Below are positions 12,201 to 24,200 of a DNA stretch of 64,000 bases, piece by piece; position 1 is the first letter of the stretch; each line of letters opens with the position of its first letter. This DNA comes from Haliotis rufescens (taxonomy: Eukaryota). The DNA is taken from assembly GCF_023055435.1 (NCBI RefSeq), contig NW_025964361.1, forward strand, positions 40,486,001-40,550,000. The letters are read 5' to 3'. A program made the translations under genes and the position numbers. The notes beneath the pieces are model-generated. The model was not told the DNA's origin. It saw nothing but the letters and a program-made list of their open reading frames with translations, and did no database searches.

Positions 12201-15200
12201 TACGCTAACGCATGGGTCAGACGTCCACACCTGCTTGGAAGCCGCCGCTTCCTTCAGGTATAAGGGCGCCGGGAGGAGCAAGAGAGGCACGGGCCGGGGC
12301 AAGGCAGCTGGTCGAGGCCAACAGCTTTTTCCCGGGGCTGGGAACGATGGGTTCCCATTAGCGCCCGAAGAGCCCCGGGTGAACCCACAGTCGCAAGTTA
12401 TCGAACTGCCGACAGACGGGGTCCACTGCCTCCAGCCGGATGTCCCCGTAGGCGGCCGACTGGCTCTATTCCTGAAGGAATGGGAGACAGTTACATCACA
12501 ATCCCCGGACCCCGTTCATTTTAAGGGATGGCCATTTGCCTCGGTGGAAAACTCATCCGCTCCTCCACTTTTCCGGGATAAAGCACACTCCGGTGCCTGC
12601 TACCCGAGAGAAGACGGAATTCCTCCGTGCCGAGGTCGACGCACTTCTTATGAAAGCTGCGATCGAACCTGGTCCCGAGGGACAGGAAAGCGAGGGCTTC
12701 TACTCTACTTGTTTCCTAGTCACCAAACAGTGATCTCAACTGTCGAGACAGGAGAATGGCTAACGTCAATAGACTTAAAATACGCCTATCTCCACATACC
12801 AATACACCCCAAGTTCAAGAAATACCTGACGTTTTCTTTCGACGGGAGGTGTTATCAGTTCAGGGTTCTACCATTCGGGATCTCCACGGCCCCGAGGGTG
12901 TTCACCAAGCCCAAGTGGCCAGGTCAAAAGGTCGGTTCTGCCATCCGTACCTCGACGACTGGTTACTAAGAGCTCTATTGCAAACCCTGAGTCAGATAGC
13001 TACACAACAATCTCAATCTCAAGAAGTCAGATCTGAGCCCCACTCAGAATCTAGTCTTCCTAGTGGCTAATTTCAACACGGTGAGAGGACGTGTATCTCT
13101 GTAACAAGATATCAAGTCCCTTAAGCGCAAGTCACACTGCTCGTACATGGCTCGTACATGGCTCCAGTTACTGGACAACATGGCGGCGACAGTGGATTTG
13201 GTCTGGCGGGCGCACTTGAGAATGAGTCCCATTCAACAAGCGCTCCGTCGACTTTGGGCGAACTCGGAAGATCTCGAGACTGTGCTCGAGACTCCGTAGT
13301 GGCTCATTACACACCTCCAGTGGTGGACCGAGGTCGGGAATCACTCCCGTTCCGTCTCTCACAGTTCAAACAGACGCGTCACTCTCCGGCTGGGGAGGCG
13401 TTCTGAATGATCACACTGCCTCGGGACTATGGTCCCAGCAGGAGATCAAACTGCATATCAATGTGCTAGAACTGAGAGCGGTCAGGTTGGTGTTCCAACG
13501 CTTCCCGGATCTGCTTCGTGGCCAAGTGGTTCGTCTAGAGATGGACAACCAAACGGCGATGACTTACATCCGGAAGCAGGGGGGAACGGCGTCTCCGTCG
13601 CTTCGACGAAAGACGTGGCAGTTCCTACTATAGTGCGACTCTCACGATATCAGGGTGCTACCTGTTTATCTCCCGGGGGTGGACAACGTCCGTGCGGACG
13701 CTCTGTCTTGCCGGATCCTCGCTCCTCACGAGTGGAGGCTCGACCCGGGGATATTCGGGATTTTCTCCCTGTTATACAGGTCGTTACAGGTGGATCTGTT
13801 TGCGTCTGGGTTAAATAACCAGACACCAACGTTCTGCTCCCGAGTCCACGACCCGAGGTCGGTGGCACCGGACGCCTTTCAGCTAGATTGGACGGACAGT
13901 TCTGTGGGCATTCTCCCCAGTACCTCTGATTTCCAAGGTCCTGTCTCAGCTAGGCACTCAGCCTGCGCAACTAATTGTGCTCCTGGCACCTCTTTAGTCG
14001 GCGCAGAGTGGGTTTCCAGTAATACTCAGGTTTCTGGCTCAGCCTCCTGTTATATTACCTTTACGACCGGACCTCCTATCCCAGAACGGGGCCCTCCACC
14101 CGAATCTCAGGATTCAATGGGTGGCTTGGCCACTGTCAGTAATCGCCTCCAGAAGAGCGGTATTCCTGCACGAGTTGCAGACACAATACTGGCTTCGCGG
14201 AGGGATTCGACAAACGTTCAGTACGATAGATAGGCCTGCTATGCGCCCTGGTGTGTCGATAGAGGGATTGCAGATCTTTTTTCTGCAGATCTCGTATCCG
14301 TGCTTGAGTTTCTCCAGTCGCGACTAGATGACGGCCTGGCCGCATCAACAGTCAGAGAGTACGCTACAGCTATCGCAGCTTTTCACGTCCCTGTCGACGG
14401 GGCACTTCTGGGTGCACACCCATTAGTGCAGCGCTTTTTAGCAGGTGTGGACAGGATCCGACCGCCAGTCCGGCGGATCAGTCCCCCTTGGGACTTGTCA
14501 ATCATTCTCGATTGGCTGTCCGGTCCTTCCTTTCGGGATCTGTCGTCTCTCTCTCTTCAGCTGTTGAGCTGGGAGACGGCGTTCCTTGTGGTGGTAACGT
14601 CCGGCAGACGGGTAGGCGACATTCGTGTTATGTCAGCCGATCCCAAAATAACTGTCTTCCATGGGGTCGATAAATATCACCGGGACAGTCAGTTTTCGTC
14701 TACCGGACTATTACCGTCCTAGGGTCGCACACGATTCCACGTGAACGGCTCCTATTGAGCTACCTGCTCTTTCACAGCCTTCCTCGTCGGGGACCACTGC
14801 AAGACATGCTCATGTCTTGGATGTCCGCACGACTCTCAAGGCCTATATCAGCAGAAATATGGGTGTCCGTAAGGATAACCAACTATTTTGCTGTTACTGC
14901 GGTAGGAAGGTTGGCTCACCTGTGAGTAAACAATCTATCTCGAGGTGGATAGTTTCAACCATTTGTACAGCATATACGCTTACAGGCAGGGACCCCCCTG
15001 CCAGGTTGAAGGCTCATTAGGTTAGAGCAGTGGCTGCGTCAAAAGCGTACGCCGCGGCTCTGCCCATTGAGCAGATCTGCTCCGCGGCTATTTGGAGCCA
15101 GCCGAGCACGATTCATCAAACCTTACCAACTCGACAAACACTCAAGCGAGCGTACTCGGTTTGGTCAGTCAGTTCTCCGAACTGGGCAAAGTTCTAATCT

Positions 15201-18200
15201 CTAGCTGATTGAGCATTCGAGATTTTAGACAGTCTTCCGGTTATACTGCTCAGTAATGGTCCGGATTTTATCTTCTGCGGTCGATAAATATCAGTCCTTA
15301 CTACTCGATAATACTCGTATTTTGCGCACGCACTCCTTCGATCCTCGGGGACCCTCTGGCCTAGCTCAGCGCTGGTTATGGTCTCTCGTGATCTACGCCC
15401 TTATATCACTTGTTCAAAAAAAGTGTGGGGGGGTGGGAGGTGTTTCGAGTTCTCAACTTATGACAAGCCGCAAAAACAGGCTTTATCATAATATATGGTC
15501 GACCACGCCCTGTCTCTAGCCCCCGCCTTTCGACGGTGGTGCCTCACGATAAGGTTGGTTCCATTTATTGAACTCAATATTTTATTCTGTTGAATAATCA
15601 AATACGATGTATTTATTTACGCCTGTTGCTGACGGATGCCACTTCCTAGATTATCTTTGGGAGTCTGTCTTGATGCAATAAGTGCCCCAAGGAGGATTTA
15701 ATCAGAAAGAGAATTTTACAAACCTGTAGAGGTTATGAATTCTCTGATGAAATCCTCCTTGGGGCACGGCCACCCACCTCCCCACATTCCGTCAGCATTT
15801 GACATATGGAAAGTGATTTGGGTGAGAGTTGCTCCCCCTGGTGTGAGGCGCCGTTGGGGGTGAGGCCCCGTAAGTGTGGTCGTATATCATACAAAAACGA
15901 AGTTTTTTGTGTGGTAACATTTTTTATTAAGGAAAATGGTTACAACTATGTCATGTAGATTTTCTTGAGCAAGGAAAATGCAATAAGTGCCCCAAGGAGG
16001 ATTTCATCAGAGAATTCATAACCTCTACAGGTTTGTAAAACTTTATCATATTTCACAAACAAAAATTACAAGGCCTTTGAGGCTCAAACTTTGCATGAAG
16101 TATAAATAGTATGCCTCAAAAGTGCAAACAAAAGCGTAGTCTTTTTGAATGAAGGAGACCCTGGTATGATATATGCCATAGACCTTGAACAGGAAAGGTC
16201 CATGTTCATACTGCGGAATAGTCATTTTATTTATCCTGTTGCCGTACCCTTTATCTTGACATCCCATTGCTCCTTGCAGCCCCAGAGCAAGAAGAAGAAG
16301 GAGAAGGAACGTTGTAACAACCTGATGGAGAAACTTAAGGAGGAGGAGAAGAAGCAGAACGAACATGTCAATCGAGTTATGGCTCGACTCCAACATGAAC
16401 GTGATCACTGGTTCCTGTCACGCGAAGGTATGCCTCATTCACCAACTTCACCTATATCCCCTTCAGCACATGGTCACAACTACTGCAGACATTGGATAGA
16501 AGGAAATAATACCACTAAGGAGACGTTAAGAAACATCTGATCCTTTCATATTAAATTTTGTTTTGTAGTATATTATGCTACACATTACAGTCATTGAAAT
16601 TAACCATGAACGTCAAAGGGTCCTTTTCATAACCCTGATGTTAGTTAGAGATTTAGTGGGTCCCTAGATTCAAATAGATTCAAACTATCCATTGCTGGTG
16701 CAGGAACCAAATCAAGCATCAAAGATTAGTTCAATCTTGTTAGGGAAGTATTTATGGCATAAGCCATTGACCGTATCTTTTGTTCATACTCAATTTGGGG
16801 GGCACGGGTGGCCAAGTCGTCTTAGGCACCGCAATTCGCTGTGCAGAGTTGCGTCCCTTGGGCACGCCAGAAATCTACGATTGTGGGTTTGAATCCCGGT
16901 TCGCCCCGATTATATTTCTAGGTTTGTCAGCACCATACCCGTGCTCGTGGGTCTCACCGAAGTGGTAAACGTCTGAGACCTGCATCACTTCCGGCTTTCC
17001 TCCCACATTAAGTAGAGTCACTCACTCACTCACTCATGCTCAATATGCATGATGATGTGTCACAGCAGTTTTAAAATGTAAAGAGATTTTATATGCTATG
17101 CATTCACTGAGTTTGTATCCTGGATACAAATTGGGGCAGTGGGGTAACGTTGTGATCAAAACGATTCCACACATGGGTACATGAGTGAGGCATGAAAAAA
17201 AACATATGCACGCCAGATACAAATAATTCGTTAGCTGTGTGGACATCACCATTTCCCGATCTTTCTGTGCATTGCAGGTTCCAAGAGTGAGGCGATCACA
17301 GAGGTCCTCCAGTTGTGCATCTTTCCCCGATGTTGCTTCACGGCCAGTGATGCCGTCTTCTGTGCCAAGTTCATACATGTGCTGCATGAGCTGAAAACAC
17401 CTCACTTCTCAACACTCATCTGCTATGATAGAGTAAGACACAGATTTAAACTTCTGTTGTTCCCTTTGTAGAAGCAAACTTCAGAGCCCTTCCCAGCCCT
17501 AGGGGATTCAGGATTAGAATAGATCCCCAGCAACATCTGCTGGTTGTAAGATTTGAACTTATGTTGTTCACTTTGTACAGAGTATGTTTACTTCAGAACC
17601 CTTCCCAGCCCTAGGGGAATCAGGGTTAGAATAGATCCCCAGCAACCTATGCTGGTTGTAAGATTTGAACTTATGTTGTTCACTTTGTACAGAGTATGTT
17701 TACTTCAGAACCCTTCCCAGCCCTAGGAGATTCAGGGTTAGAATAGATCCCCAGCAACCTCTGCTGGTTGTAAGATTTGAACTTATGTTGTTCACTTTGT
17801 ACAGAGTATGTTTACTTCAGAACCCTTCCCAGCCCTAGGGGATTCAGGGTTAGAATAGATCCCCAGCAACCTCTGCTGGTTGTAAGATTTGAACTTATGT
17901 TGTTCACTTTGTAGAGAGTATGTTTACTTCAGAACCCTTCCCAGCCCTAGGGGATTCAGGGTTAGAATAGAATCCCAGCAACCTATGCTAGTCGAATGAG
18001 GTGACCTTGTAGTGATTCAGGGTTAGAATAGATCCCCAGCAACCTGTACTGGTTGTAAAAAGCAACCAAACAGATTGGGTGGTCAGGCTGTGTGACTTTG
18101 TTGATTGCATGTCATCGTACCATGACGTCGTGGATTGGTGCTCATAATATCACTGGATTTTCTGTCCCAGTCTTGATAATTTACTGGCCACAGTCACATG

Positions 18201-21200
18201 ATTGTAATATTGTGGAGAATGATGTTAAACAACAATCAAATTGATATTCAGAACTTTTGTAAAAACTTTTATAATTACTCAATGTGTCCTAGGCATGCTA
18301 GGAGACCAGCTTTGTGTTGATTACAGTGAAATTGTCAGTTAAATGCCAATGAACATTAATTCATGATGAATGTTATTCGAGACTATCATGGTTTCCCTAT
18401 TTTCAAGTACAATATTGTTGTATGCTATCTGGGTGTTCAACACAGATATTGTGTCTTGTGTTTTAGATCTTCTGTGATATTACCTATACTGTGACCAGCT
18501 GTACGGAAAATGAAGCTAGTCGGTATGGCCGTTTCCTCTGTGCAGCGCTCGACACCATCATGAAATGGCATAGCGATAGTGCCATCTTTGAAAAGGTCAG
18601 GATGTACTATTAACTCTATTTGTGATAGAGGTGTCAAAATATGACATGTATAACACAGCTATTTCCTGAATTATCAAAATTCTTGCTGTCTACTTAGCTT
18701 CTAATTAATTGTGAAATATACAGTTACTTTGTGTCAATAAAATATTCAGGTTTAAATACAGGTTTTGAATTAGCCGTAACCTTATCAGCAATGACATCTG
18801 AACATGTTTTGCTACCAGCAAAATAATGGCAGAAAATGTTTGCTGATTTTCAAGGGTAAGGGTGTTTCGATTCCATAGTTCTTGTTCATTTAAAGTTATT
18901 TTGGTGTGTTAATGGATATTTTTTAGCAACGTGGTTTGAACATATCAAAATGGCTACATGATAATATTGCCTGTGGGATCCAGGGTTAGAATTTTAATCC
19001 AAACAACAAATGTTTATCGTAAGAGGTGAAGCATAGAATTTTAATGAACAATCATAGAACTCTCGGGGTAGAGTTGATCCCCAGCAGCCTGTGCTGGTCG
19101 AAAGAGCAACCAAATGGATCCAGTGGTCAGGCTGCTTGGTGACGTGGTTGATTGCGTGTCATTGAACCCCATTGATGTGGATTATTGCTCACAACATTGA
19201 TCACTGGATTGTCTGGTACAGACGCGAATGTTATCTCTGTTGTATAGCTGGCATAATGCTGAATGCGGTGTTAAACAAAAACAAATATAATGTGAGAGTT
19301 AACTTAAGGATCGGGTTGTTGGTTATTGACTTGGTTGAGACATTGCTCATAATATTCATCACTGGTTTGTCTGATAAAGGCTTCATTATTGACAGGCTGT
19401 GATCTTGTTGTCTGAATGGTAATGACTGCTGTATTGTACAGTGAATAAACAACCCAGATAAAGTAAAAATGAAAATGGGATACCAAGTATTGGGAAATAT
19501 CCCAAACAAATGTGTTGACTGAAAAGGGTAAAGCTGTTGTGCTTGGTCTTGTTCAAATGATTTGACAGAGTGAGTGTGTATTGTTTTACGCCGCTTTTCT
19601 CAATATTCAAGCAATATCACGGCGGGGGACACCAGGAGTGGGCTTCACAAATTGTACCCATGAGGGATCAAACCCCGATCTTTAACGTGATGAGCAAACA
19701 CTTTGACCACTAGGCTACCCAACCGCCCCCTGACAATATGAAACTTATGTATCAATGGTGTTGTTTTCTGTAGGAATGTTTTGGGTACCCTGGGTTTGTG
19801 ACCGTGTTCAGGAAGGCAACCAAGGATAAGGAGAACAGCAACAAGGCCGACGGGTTGGACTTCGAGAACTACAGACATGTGTGTCACAAGTGGCATTTCA
19901 GACTTACAAAGGTGGGTCATGGAATCTCTTGGGGGCATTTCAGAAGCATGGCAGATATAAATCTCGATTTCTCAACATTTAAGGAATGAAGTTTGTTTAT
20001 CCTACATTGAATTTTTGACCTGCCCCCCCCCCCCCCCCCCCCCCCACTACTGTTAAAAATATATCCTTAAGCATGTTCAAAGAAATCCTGTCAAAAGAAT
20101 TACACTCAAGAAGGCAAATAAAGATTTGCATTGATGTTGCATGGCATTGTTTCAACATGTATTCAAATTTGAAAGATATGCTAGTTTGAATCCTTTGGTT
20201 TATGTTCTTCCATAGTCTTTGTGTTAGTCTTTGAGTTTGGATAGTCAAGTAATAATTTTTATCCCCACAGCATATAATGCGGGGGGATATGGCGATCAGC
20301 CAGCCTGTCTGTCAGTCCATCTATAATTATTTCCTTTTCCGGGGCAGAACTTGAAAACCTGTTTTTCCTGTTTCCATGGCAACAAGTTTGACTTTGACTC
20401 TGTTCATAGTGTTGTGTTTGTCTGGACCATATATCTAAAACTAAAAGGTATTCTTTCTTGAAACTGCACACAAAAAGACCAGGTTATCAACTGGTGCCTT
20501 TTGCTATTTAGGGATTTTTAGAATTTATATATATCTGTTTCCATGGCAACAAGTTTGATTTTGACTGACATAGAAATTCAAAGTTCTGAATCCCTATTCC
20601 ATAGTATTGTCTTCATAGCTCAAAATCTACTCTTGTATATGGACAGACAGATTAGAAATTCTCTCATCGAGTTGGACTTCAGGTGATTTGCTCTTTGGAA
20701 CTTGTTGGGGCCGGGGGGGATTTGTCATCTTTTGATGACTCTTGTTGTTATGCCTACTGTATTTGAATATGATTGTATTGTCAGGCAATGGTTGCTTGTC
20801 TGGAATCCCAAAACTACATCCAGATCAGGAATGCTCTCATTATCCTGACAAAGGTGAGGCCCTATTTGATAGTTTATATGGTTGGAAAAAGTAATGAAAC
20901 AAGCAGCCAAAGATAACAGAACAAAATATAGCTATATGTTCACTTCACTCGGTAACTGATTATTTTTTGTCTTGTAAAATAATAGGAATAGCTCCTTTAA
21001 AATTAATATCAATCATTAATTCAACACACTCTAAATATTATCAACTTTTGTCAGGTCACTGGATGAGATATACATGTTTCACAAAATATTTTGTTATTAT
21101 TGCTTTTTAGTTCAAGGAAGAAAAGTGCTTGAGTTATGTTTGTGTTTTCAGATTCTACCTCACTACCCTCGCATCATGCAGTTTGGCCAGGCTTTGGAGC

Positions 21201-24200
21201 GGCGAGTCGATCGCCTCAGCAAGGATGAGAAGGACAAGAGACCAGACATATATGCATTAGCCATGGGGTAGGTATTGTGTGACTTAGTAGATAGGTCTTG
21301 TGGATAGAATAACTGGCCGGAGAGTGGAAGATCAGTGGTTCCATCTCTGGACGTGTCTCACCAAAAGATGTTAAAAGATGCACTTTTTATCCTGCCTAGT
21401 GTTCAACATTAAGGGGATAAAACAAGGACTGGTCGGCTCAGTCAGTATTATGACTGCACAGACTCAATAGTCCGGCCATAATGTAACTCCATAATACCAG
21501 CCTTGTTCGGCAAGGGTGGAAAATGGACTTTTAATATCGGTTAACTCCCTTGCCTCGGGAAGATGTCATTATCTATGCTGTTTTTGTTTGTACATAATAG
21601 TCGTCTTTCTCCAATGGGAATGTGCAAACAGGTTTGTGAAAAAAATGTGTAGTTTTCTCTTATTTCAAGGATTGATGAACAGGCATGATTTTCATTTAAC
21701 AGGTATTCTGGTCAACTGAAAAGTAAGAAGCAGCAATGGATGCCAGAGACTCGATTCCATATCAAAGATGTTGAAGCTGTGAGTCATTATACTTGTACAC
21801 ATGGAGAGATTTGAATAATTGACATGGTTGAGATGATCAACAGATCTCAGTCTCAGTCTGTCTCTGTCTCAGTCTCTAGTTATTGCAGAAGACCAAATTT
21901 CACTTTCACTTGATACATGAATTTTGTGGATGATGGCAATACAGCAAACTTAATAAAAAAACAACATAAAATCGCATTCCCTCACTCATCTCATTTGCAT
22001 GAGTTTTGTCATTAATACCTCTTTTAAGATAATATAAAGATGTCATTTGTCAGTATAAACATTTAAAAAAGTACCAGCTCAAAACCCAGAAAATATTTCA
22101 GATAGCATAAGCAACACTATGTTTGAAACTGAAAGATGAATACTTGTGGTAGTCATTGAATTGTTGGTGTTTATTTATTGTGCGACGTACAAAAACTGAT
22201 GTCTTCTCATTTTCTTCAGAAAAAGGCTGCCCAAGCAGCAGCAGCCAATGGCTCAGGGATGAGGACAGATGTTGCTAAGGATGCAAAGAAACGGGAATCA
22301 AATGGTAGGTTACCAAGACAACACATTCTAACCTTTTGGTAACTGGATGTGCTTATTTGGTATGGTTACAGACACGACACATTCAAACATTGGTCATTGT
22401 TTTTAATGATTTGGTAACAGCTATGAAAATAGTTACCCCACACATTCTACCTTTCGATCACTGGATCTGCTGATTTGGTAACATTACTATACTGAGACAC
22501 TGAAAACGCATATTCAACTTTTTGTAATATTTGGCAAAATGACCACAAAAATCCATTAAATTGTCCTAGGTATTTAGGCATGAGATAATCATACATAACA
22601 ATGTTATTGTACTGGTTTAGATCCCATTTGATGTTTTTGGAGATGGACTTGTGCACAATAACACATCCTTTCTGATTTGGATTAAGTTCATTATGCGTTT
22701 TTCACAGTGTCTCAGTATATTAATACAAGGGGGTATAACGATCAGCATGTCAGCAAGCCAGGTGCTTTATACATTAATTGTTATACCCCAGACCTAAAAG
22801 GGCGGGGGTATATAGTTATACCAAGGAATTCTGTCCGTCTGTCCTGAGAACATTTTTATGGGTGACCTATCATTTGAAAACTACTACATACATGTTTTTC
22901 AAACTTATATAGAAGCGGTGCAGTGCCAAGTTTGATTTCAATATTTGGATTTTATAGAGCTTTTTTTCTTTTCTTTTTTTTTTACTTAGAATTTAATTAC
23001 TTAAAATTGTGTGACCTATGACTTGAAAACTAATCCGTGGATTCTTTTCAAATTTAGGGAACAGTTTCCTTACTAATAGAAGAGGTGCAGTGCAAAGTTT
23101 AATTTTGATATGTCTGTTTTTCTAAATATAAATATCATTTTTTTCATGTTTTGAACTTAGAATATTTTTTTACTTCAACATTTGTGCGACCTGTAACTAA
23201 AGAAATACTGCATGGATTCTTTTCTAATTGGGGGTACAGTTTCTATACCAATAGGAGAGTGCAGTGCAGAGTTTTATTTCGATGAGTGTATTTTCTGAGA
23301 AAATATTGCTTTTTTCATGTTTTGAGCTGAAAAATATGTTGGAGTCAAAGTCGGGGGTATGAGTGAGCCCTGCTCACTTTTTGTCTTACTATAATTATTC
23401 CACAATATGGCTCCCCTTCTTACTGAGTATATCATTAAGGCTGGACTAGTACTGAGGAGTACCAATTTATGAACCTGCTTGTTGCTGATTGATAAACTGA
23501 ATGGCAGCAAAGTTATCAGCCTCTTATGAACTTCAACACGGGGCCAAATCCAGCCTGACGTACACGTGTAGCTGAACAGGGGACACTGGCTGTCCAGTTG
23601 TCAAAGGCGCTGCAAATCACTTTGCAGGGTTGTGTCTCTAAGAAACCTACGTTCGTGGGTTTTAGTCCCAAATGTGACCTGATTATGTTTCTAGTTTTGC
23701 CAAGACCATATCTGTTCTCGTGGGTTTCACCAAAGTAGTAAATGTCCAGGACCTGCTTCACTTCTGGCTTTCCTCCCACTTCGAGCATTGACCACACTAT
23801 TGAGAACTTGTTTGTATATTCAGGCTCAATTATCTTACATTCAACCAAAATACTGGTGTAATATTACAGACTGGGGAAAAACAACATTCACAGACCCTTT
23901 TGAGTTATGACAATGATGTGATTTATTACAGGCGGTATGAAAGATGGGAAGGAAAACAAAGACATCAAACAGGGTAAGGAGAGCGGAGAAAAGGGAGATA
24001 AACCTGAAAAGAAAGACAAGTCAGAGAAGAAGGAGAAGAAAGATGGAAAATCTAAGTCAGACAAGAAATCCCCAGATGAAGGGAAAGATACTTCCAGGTG
24101 AGTTGTGGGGCTTGTCACGAGGGGAATGTTTTGTGTATTCTGAGTAACAGGTTTGGTTAGTTTCTGACTTGAAGTTTCAAACCCTGTGGTGATTCTGGTA

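Larger units (their letters stand above)
9794..16040 (+). mobile_element. DIRS1-type tyrosine-recombinase retrotransposon with intact termini and degenerate ORFs
   Basis: Inverted terminal repeats at about 9795-10013 and 15801-16013, a 3' extension to 16040, an ICR at 15673-15767, and gag-like, RT, RNase H, MT and YR remnants in DIRS order. Confidence 0.96.

Noticed and set aside
15740-15770. CTGATGA hammerhead-core motif (also at 27842 and 39370)
   Set aside because: No stem II plus GAAA or matching stems; the 15740 and 39370 cases are explained by the ICR and a TSD
17443-17995. Regularly spaced repeats resembling a CRISPR array
   Set aside because: Whole units are near-identical with no unique spacers; eukaryotic intron with no cas genes
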